Made by a program: the position numbers and the translations under genes
In this document: piece after piece, positions 12,247 to 29,955 of the stretch
Numbering within the stretch: the first letter of the stretch is position 1
Layout of the letters: each line of letters opens with the position of its first letter
The notes under the pieces: model-generated
Seen by the model: only the letters and a program-made list of their open reading frames with translations
What the model was told of the DNA's origin: nothing
Databases searched by the model: none
Assembly (NCBI GenBank): GCA_002269645.1
Contig: NIVC01001726.1
Location: 149,925-213,924, forward strand
From: Macrostomum lignano
Taxonomy: Eukaryota
Length of the DNA: 64,000 nt
Direction of reading: 5' to 3'

Positions 12247-13009
12247 CAAGATAAAATTACTCACGCCAGTTGTACTGCTTTTTCTTTCTTTTTGTGTCTT
12301 TTAGAAGAAGAAATTTCCTTGGGCAAGCTCGGAGCTGAAACTACACGAGTGCAAACAAGAGCGCTTCTGCAATCAGGGTTTCGCTCACCTGAGCTTGAGC
12401 CTGGCTCTCAGTGCCTGAGACTGCAAATTTCTTTCTTTTAAAATGTCCATCTTCTTCTTTTTTGGGGCAGAAATTTTTCTGCTATTCTGCTATTCTGTGA
12501 GCGAGAGAGATAAAACAATTAAGTTTCGAGCTTCACACACTGGCTAGGCAGTTAAGAAATGGCTAGCAACTCTCAATTCTATGAACACAAAACTTTTAAG
12601 TTTTAATAATCAAAATTTTCCTAATCCGCTGGGATTGAAATCCAGTTTTCCAAAGTCAATTCTGATCTGGTTCGTCAACATTTTGTTTTTCATAGAAAAG
12701 TTGCTGTATATCAATATGCTACTAGCTACTTAACTGGAGTAGTATAGTTGGCATTTTTATATTATGCAATAGAACAATTTTAGCTATTCATTTGGAGTTG
12801 CAGTCGGAGTCTCAATTAGCTATTAATCATTTAACTATAATTAGAAATGTTATGGTGAAACTAAAACGCAAACGAACTACTTTCAGTTGCGTATCAATTA
12901 ATTGGACAAACTATGAACGACCCTTGAACATTACTTAAAGCATTATATTTTCGACCAGAAAAGTGCGTTTAAATTCGTAACTGGGGAGTTATGAGTTTAT
13001 GGCATTTAT

Positions 13010-13248
13010 GTAAATAATAACTATGATAATAATCGATTACACCTGCCCCAATTGGGCCAGATGTGCAACCGACAGCTCAGCCGCTGCGTACGGCTGTTCA
13101 GTCCACAGACTGAGGGACAGTGTTGGGAACTGAAGCAAGAGTTCAGTGTCTTGCTCAAAGGACACAAATTGTTCCAAGTGGGTGGAGAATCGAACCCCCG
13201 ACCTTTCAGTCGTGAGTCCAAAGCTCATAACCACTAGGCTTACAACCT
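13010..13248 (-). mobile_element. tRNA-derived SINE family 1 (CORE-SINE-like)
   Basis: Minus strand: A-box-like TAGTGGTTA, B-box GGTTCGATTC, then GTGTCCTTTGAGCAAGACACTGAAC resembling the CORE-domain start, and a TTA-rich tail; related copy at 58367. Confidence 0.7.
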
Positions 13249-13473
13249 CAAGTACGAAATTTTGAATGTACGAGCGTAGCTAACAGAAAGGTGTGCAGCT
13301 GATGTAACAAAATATTGGACGCCGCAGTGTCTGGTGTCAGCGAATGCCGCGATGCTTAGCGCCGGCTTGTTCCATCTCTCCTTCACGATCGGTTGATATT
13401 TGGCTATGACGTTGAATTCGTCGCCAAATGATCGACAAAACCAGGCGAAGGAGTGACCTAAACAAGCGAAAGT

Positions 13474-14016
13474 TCAACGCTTGGCATTGCGTTTACGATG
13501 CCTTAGAAAGTTATGCCAGAGCTTGCGGCATTCTACTGGCATCTTGCAGAGGTCCGAGAGGGCCGTGATGCCCAGAGTGCGGCGGTCCACTTCCGTAGCC
13601 GGGCAGTCGAGAAGGACGTGCTGGAGGTTCTCTGGTTCGTCACCGCACCTCCGGCATGTCGGATCCGCTGTCCAGCCAATACGATGGGTATTCACTCGCA
13701 GCCTTGCGTGTTTTCCTGAGCGGAATTGTGCGTAGTCCGCCCGCTCGGCTCTCGTCCAGGTGGCCGTCCGCTGTCGGTTGGATTTGCTGCGCACCGCGGC
13801 GTTGCCCAGTGTTGTAATTGACGCGGCGGCGAGTAGTCGCTGATGCGAACGCGACGTCACTTGATTTACAGTCGCATCAGACATCTGCTCGCGAGCTGGT
13901 AATTGCCGGTCTTGATTGTTAAGACTCGACCCAGCGGTAGTCTGATTTAAAAAATCAATGATTTTTGACTGTCGACCGCGAGACCTGCTCGACTTTGGCG
14001 TAGGCGCTCCAGCCAT
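13474..14016 (-). mobile_element. 180-aa ORF carrying the C-terminal CCHC zinc knuckle of non-LTR retrotransposon ORF2
   Basis: YAQFRSGKH..L..HRIG..PTCRRCGDEPENLQHVLLDCP = C-x2-C-x8-H-x4-C preceded by the AQLRTGH-like motif of I/Jockey/R1-type LINE ORF2 C-termini; no RT or RNase H upstream in the window. Confidence 0.7.
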
Positions 14017-15043
14017 GCTAAAGCCTGACGATTGTGATAAAGCTAAGTTGATAAATTAGTATTGAATATGAATGCCAATCATTTTACTTATTAACAGACA
14101 GCCGCAGAGTAGGTTGGGCATAGACGATTGAATCAAAAACTGTACACATCAGCTTCTTAGCTTGCGAGCGCCTAAGGTGCGAGCTAACACTCAGGAGCTA
14201 GTGGAAAGCCAGAGTCACGTGACCATAGACTTAGCGGTACTTTTCAAGTCAATCACCGAGGCATACGGAATGGGGTTTTAACGTAGGGAGATTCTTTATG
14301 GGGATTGATTTTATATATCAACCTAAAACTTGAATAGAGGCATAGAGACCTATTCAAAATGACGTAATATTTATTCTGACTTCATTAATTTTTTCAGTTA
14401 CAAGTTCTTATGAGTATGAAAAACAATTATAAATAGCAAATAGCAGAAGGAATTAATTTTTTGTAGTTTTTTTATTCTATATCATATTGAAGATCCACAT
14501 TCACTTAGACTCGCAGGAAAATCCAAATTCTTTTATCAAACCCAAACGTCCGATAACGGATGCTCAAAGTTGATCAACACCAACAGAATAATGATGTGAA
14601 AATATGAAATATGAAAAGAATAAAATATTTCATAAAATACAGAATATGAAAAGCTGCAGAAAGTGGCAGATCTCCATAAAGGTACTATTGTGTCTCTTTA
14701 TTCATCTACACGGGGTCTTGAGAAAAAGTGTGTAACAAACCGTGTGGGGATATTATTAGCTGTCGGAGTTTCCACATGCTCTGCGTGAATCTTGAGCGTC
14801 ACTATAGCTAACAAACTTTTATTGTCTTTCAATGCATAGTTAATAAATTGAAAACAGCCCTAGTTCAGTTGAATTTGGAAGCAGGCGTGCTTTTTCTGCT
14901 TGCAGAAGCAACAATTGGACAATTTGCATTGCTAGATTTTCATTGGCTCACCTCCATCAGGTCATATTAAAGACCTTAGAAATGTTGCAAAGTTCTGAAT
15001 TCTGAAATCTCACACATGTACGACACTGAGCATTTCGGAAGAG

Positions 15044-18000
15044 ATGGAGCAGCTCAATCTGCTGGAGGCAGCAACAGAAACTGTGCAAACTTTTGATCGA
15101 ATCACCTGGGACACCTTGGCAACGGCCCAGCAACCACAGCAACCGCCACCAGTTCCTGCATGCAGCTATGCGCAAGACCTTGTTGCCCCAGCTTGCCAGC
15201 TTCATCTAGGACGGACCCAGCTTCCAGCAGTGGGATCGATGGAGCAGCTCAACCTGCAGCTGGAGCATTTTGTCGCTGTCCAAAATCAGGAGCTGGCCAA
15301 GCCGCCGTATTCCTACATTGCTCTGATCAGCATGGCTATCACTGCTCAGCCTGAGCACAGGGCCACCCTCAGCGGTATCTATCAGTTCATCAAGGACCGG
15401 TGCGTATCTAGCCTGCATGATATGAAGGAATAGAATGGATTGCTAATCTAGCCTACATCAGTGAAGGAATAGAATGGATTGCTAATCTAGCCTACATCAG
15501 TGAAGGAATAGAATGGATTGCTAATCTAGCCTACATCAGTGAAGGAATAGAATGGATTTCTAATCTATCAATCGAGGATAAAATGGATCGCTAATCTAGT
15601 TCTAATACAGTTAATGTGTCTTTGCTCTGAAAGCAACTCCCTCTTTATTGAATGCTTCGATCTCACTTCGCTTTCTGAGTAATTTGGGGGTGCAGAAGGT
15701 CGCAGCTTTAAAATAGAAATAGCTGTCTATTCGAGGCACTCAGAAAGAACAGCTGCAAATGCGCAAGCCTACTCAATGCCAGCCTACTTTGCGCGAATTA
15801 GTGGCCTTACAGCAGCACATTATACTGCTGGGTCTGCAACTCAGTTAGAAAGCGCAAAACTCGAATAATGAAAAAAATACCCCCATCATCTTCACTTTGA
15901 GGCGTCATTTCTGACAGGTGCGTCAGTTGATGAATGTCACACAAGCCGGAGTACAATAGCCTGAGAGCAGGGTGGGTTCGGGTTTATCGTGATAAAGTGG
16001 AAACCACAGCAGACCGCCTTTTTTAAGAGACGATACCAAACTGTTTTGCTAAAGTTGGCAAATATTGCCGCGGTTGCTTCCACACCTCTCTTGGCAATTA
16101 AGAGGCCGCCTGCTAGAAGCTGAGACGCTCCTTTGACGATATACCGCTTCATAGACGTTTCGAATGAATCAAAGTGCTTAATTAGTTAAATTAGGCAAAA
16201 CGTTGGTTCAACGAACACTATCAGGGTCTATTCTCTGATAGTGTTCAAGTAGTGCTTGGGTTCCAGAAGTAGAAAAATGAATCTAAAGTACATTAGATAT
16301 GGAATTAGATCAGAGATAAGAATGTACTCAGGATCAGAGATAAGATAGTACTCAGGATCAGAGATAAGATAGTACTCAGGATCAGAGATAACAATGTACT
16401 CAGGATCAGAGATAAGATAGTACTCAGGATCAGAGATAAGAATGTACTCAGGATCAGAGATAAGATAGTACTCAGGATCAGAGATAAGATAGTACTCAGG
16501 ATCAGAGATAACAATGTACTCAGGATCAGAGATAAGAATGTACTCAGGATCAGAGATAAGATAGTACTCAGGATCAGAGATAAGATAGTACTCAGGATCA
16601 GAGATAACAATGTACTCAGGATCAGAGATAAGATAGTACTCAGGATCAGAGATAAGATAGTACTCAGGATCAGAGATAAGAATGTACTCAGGATCAGAGA
16701 TAAGAATGTACAATGGATCAGAGATAAGAATGTACAATGGATCAGAGATAAGATAGTACTCAGGATCAGAGATAAGATAGTACTCAGGATCAGAGATAAG
16801 AATGTACTCAGGATCAGAGATAAGATAGTACTCAGGATCAGAGATAAGATAGTACTTAGGATCAGAGATAAGAATGTACAATGGATCAGAGATAAGAATG
16901 TACTCAGGATCAGAGATAAGATAGTATCAGGATCAGAGATAAGAATGTACTCAGGATCAGAGATAAGAATGTACTCAGGATCAGAGATAAGATAGTATCA
17001 GGATCAGAGATAAGAATTTACTCAGGATCAGAGATAAGAATGTACTCAGGATCAGAGATAAGAATGTACTCAGGATCAGAGATAAGATAGTATCAGGATC
17101 AGAGATAAGAATGTACTCAGGATCAGAGATAATAATGTACAATGGATCAGAGATATTAATGATATGAAAATGACACAGATCCACTGCACTTGACCGACTC
17201 TGGCCCGCAGCTTCCCTTACTATCGGGACAACAAGCAGGGCTGGCAGAACTCCATCAGGCACAATCTGTCATTGAACGAGTGCTTCGTGAAGGTGCCGCG
17301 AAGCGATTCAACTAAGGCGGGCAAAGGCAGCTACTGGACGCTGCACCCGGAGGCCTACAGCATGTTCGACAATGGCAGCTACCTGCGCAGGCGGAAGCGG
17401 TTCAGACGGCAGCGTCAGGACAAGACGGTCACAGAGGAGGGAGCGAGGAAGTCGAACGACAAGGCGGTTTGTTTTTTTGATATTGCCACTGCTGGTTATG
17501 AAAGTCAACAATAATAAGAATAAGATTCACAGGAAGGCACCCTGGCGACATGGTCCCACAGCCAGCGCTGAGGCAATTCTGCCCGTTCCGCTGACTCCTG
17601 AGCTGACGCAGGCACAGCACTCATACTCACATGCTCACACAGGGTGTACACTTTCTAATCGTCAGGCATGTACACTCTCTGTGTCTTGGGGGTTGGAGCA
17701 CATTGGTGTGAATCGCATGACAAGGCCCCTGCAAATTCTTATAGACGCACAAGCCCCAAATTGATGTGACCGAGTACGGAATTGAACCAGAGGGGTCGTG
17801 GCGCGCGAGTCTGGCGCTTTACCGCTCTGCCACTGTCATCACCGTCAGATTCAATTTAGATGTCATTCGGTCTGGGCTATAGATATCCAATTGATAGTTC
17901 TTCTTCAGGAATAAATATGCTTGAATTTTTTTAGGAAGCATCGTCTGCCGCGTCGGACGCGATGGAACCGGCCGCTGCAACCACACCGATGCCGACGAGC

Positions 18001-18315
18001 GCTGCAGGCACAGGCGCATGCGGTTACAACACAGACTGCTTTGACGATCAAAAGCTAAAGCGCGATCAGTATGGGTTTCATTCAAGCACGCAGCAGCATC
18101 CCAACTACTATAATGAATCGAAACTGCTTGAACAGGAGTTTCCCTCACAGGGCGAGCATCAAATGTACTTTTATCCTCAGCTGCAACCGCAGCAGAATCT
18201 GACGCAGCAGCAGCAATTTCCGTCCTTCGATACAGGATATTACTACAATTATTACTACGACACAGCGGGTGGTTGCAGTACCTATTCCCCGGCAATGCAA
18301 AATACAAGCTTCTGA
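15044..18315 (+). CDS. foxC: FoxC-like forkhead transcription factor, 330 aa, 3 exons
   Basis: Exons 15044-15399, 17211-17466, 17935-18315 (993 nt, in frame). Forkhead domain [26 protein letters not shown]|[52 protein letters not shown]; [19 protein letters not shown] best fits FoxC (FoxL1 not excluded). Confidence 0.85.
15407..15600 (+). repeat. Minisatellite family A, copy 2 (Fox intron 1)
   Basis: Starts a few bases after the donor at 15400. Confidence 0.9.
16305..17160. repeat. 24-bp minisatellite GGATCAGAGATAAGATAGTACTCA (Fox intron 1)
   Basis: Direct reading; source of the ISDPEYYL artefact ORF. Confidence 0.95.
17505..17835 (-). mobile_element. tRNA-derived SINE family 2, apparently full length (Fox intron 2)
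   Basis: Minus strand: A-box TGGCAGAGCGG, B-box GGTTCAATTCC, body with a GTGTACA..TGTACAC palindrome, TTA-rich tail; body matches four other loci. Confidence 0.7.
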
Positions 18316-19930
18316 TTTCCATCTGTACATGTACATATACTCAACTAAACGAGATTTACTTATAGAAAATCGCAACAGTTACCATTTTTGCATGGACTGC
18401 ATGTAAATTAAAACGTACACTCTAATTTAGCATTCGCACTTTTTACGGATTTTTGTTACATACGAGGTTCGTACATGTGATTAGGTTGACATTTTTATAA
18501 ATAAATATTTTTTTCTTTAAATAAATGTATCCAAAAAACATCGCTAAATGCTCATTTAGGCCCATTACCATTTATGAAATAAAATATCTATTCACATATA
18601 CGTCATTTGTGTTACATGAGCAATGCAAAAGTTGTCTGGTGTAGGTTAATGAGCTTCTAAAATGCAATAATTTTTTTTTCTTTTTTCCAAAAAATCTACA
18701 GTATCATGTAGATTTTATACGTGTTATGGGTATAGAATCGGTACCCTCACTCTGAGAAAAATACTATATTTCCGACACTTTAAATTGCGTTTGATTTAAA
18801 ACGCTTTAAGGCTTCGATTTGAACAATAAAAGAGAATTAGGGAGCCCACGTTTGGAGGTACATGGTCATGTATGGATACATTACGCCAACACGTCTTTGC
18901 GTCAATGTTCCCTAGCAGTCCTAGCACGATGATGGAAGGTTTGACAGGATGGCCTCACTCTGGCAATTTTGAAGAATAAACAAAAAGCTTTTTTCTGCTT
19001 AGTATCCACAGAATATTCTGTGGTAGTTTAGATCTACTGCCGGCAAATCAACAACACAAACAAGTTCGCGTTTTCGAACGGTCTGAAATATCATACTTTT
19101 ATTTTAGTGCATGTAAAATTAACTATATGAATTCAAATAAAAATACAGAATAATGAGGTACAATGGCAAAATGATTCACTTTTTTGTTATTTCATTACAA
19201 AAATGAACGTTGATTGACTCGCTTCGTTAAAGAATTCAACTTGTCATTTTACTGCCGTTTTTTATCAACACCATGCCTAAGGCGCATCCTCTAGATTTAA
19301 ATTAAATAACAAAGCAATGAATTATATTTTATTCTTTTTAATGTTTCGTTTTAATTTTCAAATCTTTCTTTAATTCTATTCTTTAATAAATTGTTCATAA
19401 TTTCAATAGCAAATTAATTAAAATTGACATTGCCACATTGGCGAAAACTAAAATAGCTGCATGGACGTCATTTTCTATTAAATTCTTTCCAAGCGAATCC
19501 AAGGACCACTGTATAGCTATATACAGTGGTCTTTGATTCTTTCTAGTTCTCATGACAATTAATATATCATTATGCGAACAGGTTGATGTGATTAATATTA
19601 ATTGAATGAATATTTATCGGCTTCTAGCCTTTTCAAGGCAAAGAAGAAATTATTCAATATTTTTCAGTGTTGTGTAGAAACGAAACTAATTTTTTTGCAA
19701 TTTAAAAATATTATTCCTAAAGAATCTATTTAATTACATAATTTCTAGAGTTATGACTGAGAATACTACCTAAAGTATAAATAATTCCTTACCAAACATT
19801 GTAAACTCTTATCAGTAATAAGATATTGGATATAAATGATATAAATTAGTCAAGTAATTTAAGTCTTTAGAAACGTCTATTAATCTCATTACTTTACCGA
19901 ATATATAAAACTTTCAGATCACAATTCTAC

Positions 19931-26900
<6,970 letters not shown>

Positions 26901-27994
26901 TGCTGGAGGAGACGCTCGTGCAGAGGCGGGGGGTTCACCCATAGACAACTCGAAGAGATCATTCTGTACCATGGAGTTCTATAAATAACTTCCAGTCCAG
27001 ATGCTGAAAATCTGAAATTCTAGGACTGATGAAATTTTCGGCAGGAAAAAACAGTTCGCCAGCAACAATGGGCTATTGGCAAAATAGGATTTTTTGTTAT
27101 TCTTAACTAGATTTTTAAATAACCGATCCATGAACACCTTGACTAAGCGGCCTCCAGCATAACATATACGATTTGCGTCCGTAGTTCTACTTCAGCTGCC
27201 ATGGTAAATTGCTAAAAAAAATCAAAACGATTTTAGAAGATTTTTTAAAGATTTTTATATATTTTTACCTTTATGTACACAGCTGTTTACTGACAGTAGA
27301 AATGATAGCTTTTTTTCGCCTGTTTCCTGTTTCGATACCCGAGGGTATCCTCTCTTGGATTCGTTTTGGCTATACAGCTGCATGTTAAAGGCTGAAACCA
27401 GCTGTGTTTGTACACTCGTAACCATGACAACGTTTACAGATAAAATAAACTGTTTATTGAAATCAGTCTTCGACTGACTCGAGAATTACCTCAGTAATTT
27501 ATTTTAGCCGCTTTGTTAGTTTCAATTTATTTTAGCTTTTAATGTTCCAACTGATCTTACTTCAGTACGAGTATCTGTGGGACTCCCCTGAGCAAATCTC
27601 AGCTCCAAAGGAATCTCACCCACAAGACTCCACTGAGAAAATCTCTGCATAAACGAATCTCACCCATGAGACTCCACTATGAGACTTCATTAATTTCACT
27701 TAGTAACTCGTTTAGTACAAGTGTTATATAAACTTGTACTTTTCCTTCGCAATATAACTTTGTACAGATATTTTGCTTATATTCAAAATTAGCTTTGAAT
27801 ATCATCGCCTTTGAAAATTATCACCGAACAGAAAAGCAAGGACACATGGTGTAAATAAAAAAGATTTAAAAAAATTAAAAAATAAAACTACTACTCTTAA
27901 TATACTAATTACTTGTCTCCCATGACTACTCCTAGAGGGTTACTTAATTCACTACACTGATTACCCTGTTGCAGGGTACATCTTAGGGGCTTAA

Positions 27995-29955
27995 TCTGTG
28001 AGTCACACCATTAACCCATCTGTGAGTCACACCATTAACCCATCTGTGAGTCACACCATTAACCCATCTGTGAGTCACACCATTAACCCATCTGTGAGTC
28101 ACACCATTAACCCATCTGTGAGTCACACCATTAACCCATCTGTGAGTCACACCATTAACCCATCTGTGAGTCACACTCCCTACCCCAGCCGAGAGTCACA
28201 CTCCCTACCCCAGCCGAGAGTCACACTCCTTACCACAGCCGAGAGTCACACTCCCTACCCCAGCCGAGAGTCACACTCCCTACCACAGCCGAGAGTCCCA
28301 CTCCCTACCCCAGCCGAGAGTCACACTCCCTACCACAGCCGAGAGTCACACTTCCTACCCCAGCCGTAAGTCACACTCCCTACCACAGCCGTAAGTCACA
28401 CTCCCTACCACAGCCGTAAGTCACACTCGCTACCACAGCCGTAAGTCACACTCCCTACCACAGCCGTAAGTCACACTCCCTACCACAGCCGAGAGTCACA
28501 CTCCCTACCCCAGCCGAGAGTCACACTCCCTACCCCAGCCGTGAGTCACACTCCCTACCCCAGCCGTGAGTCACACTCGCTACCCAAGCCGAGAGTCACA
28601 CTCCCTACCCCAGCCGAGAGTCACACTCCCTACCACAGCCGTAAGTCACACTCCCTACCCCAGCCGTAAGTCACACTTCCTACCCCAGCCGTAAGTCACA
28701 CTCCCTACCACAGCCGAGAGTCACACTCGCTACCCCAGCCGTAAGTAACACTCCCTACCACAGCCGAGAGTCACACTCCCTACCACAGCCGAGAGTCACA
28801 CTTCCTACCACAGCCGTAAGTCACACTCCCTACCACAGCCGTAAGTCACACTCCCTACCCCAGCCGTAAGTCACACTCCCTACCCCAGCCGAGAGTCACA
28901 CTCCCTACCCCAGCCGAGAGTCACACTCGCTACCACAGCCGTAAGTCACACTCCCTACCCAGCCGAGAGTCACACTCCCTACCACAGCCGAGAGTCACAC
29001 TCCCTACCACAGCCGTAAGTCACACTCCCTACCATAGCCGAGAGTCACACTTCCTACCCCAGCCGTAAGTAACACTCCCTACCACAGCCGAGAGTCACAC
29101 TCGCTACCCCAGCCGTAAGTAACACTCCCTACCACAGCCGAGAGTCACACTCCCTACCACAGCCGAGAGTCACACTTCCTACCACAGCCGTAAGTCACAC
29201 TCCCTACCACAGCCGTAAGTCACACTCCCTACCACAGCCGTAAGTCACACTCGCTACCACAGCCGTAAGTCACACTCCCTACCACAGCCGAGAGTCACAC
29301 TCCCTACCACAGCCGTAAGTCACACTCCCTACCACAGCCGTAAGTCACACTCCCTACCACAGCCGTAAGTCACACTCCCTACCACAGCCGTAAGTCACAC
29401 TCGCTACCACAGCCGTAAGTCACACTCCCTACCACAGCCGAGAGTCACACTCCCTACCCCAGCCGTAAGTCACACTCCCTACCACAGCCGTGAGTCACAC
29501 TCGCTACCCCAGCCGTGAGTCACACTCCCTACCCCAGCCGTGAGTCACACTCCCTACCACAGCCGTGAGTCACACTCCCTACCCAAGCCGAGAGTCACAC
29601 TCCCTACCCCAGCCGTAAGTCACACTCCCTACCCCAGCCGTGAGTCACACTCGCTACCCCAGCCGTGAGTCACACTCCCTACCCCAGCCGTGAGTCACAC
29701 TCCCTACCACAGCCGTGAGTCACACTCCCTACCCAAGCCGAGAGTCACACTCCCTACCCCAGCCGAGAGTCACACTCCCTACCCCAGCCGTGAGTCACAC
29801 TCCCTACCCCAGCCGAGAGTCACACTCCCTACCACAGCCGAGAGTCACACTCGCTACCCCGCCGTGAGTCACACTCGCTACCCAGCCGTGAGTCACACTC
29901 CCTACCCCAGCCGTGAGTCACACTCCCTACCCCAGCCGTGAGTCACACTCCCTAG
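27995..29955. repeat. Compound minisatellite: 24-bp GAGTCACACCATTAACCCATCTGT then 25-bp GAGTCACACTCCCTACCCCAGCCGA
   Basis: Unit switch near 28170; abuts the stop codon (29952) of the secreted-protein gene. Confidence 0.95.

Noticed and set aside
13180-13248. tRNA gene (also 17770-17835 and 47885-47960)
   Set aside because: A/B boxes are present but there is no complete cloverleaf; the first two run straight into repeat bodies, so they are SINE heads.
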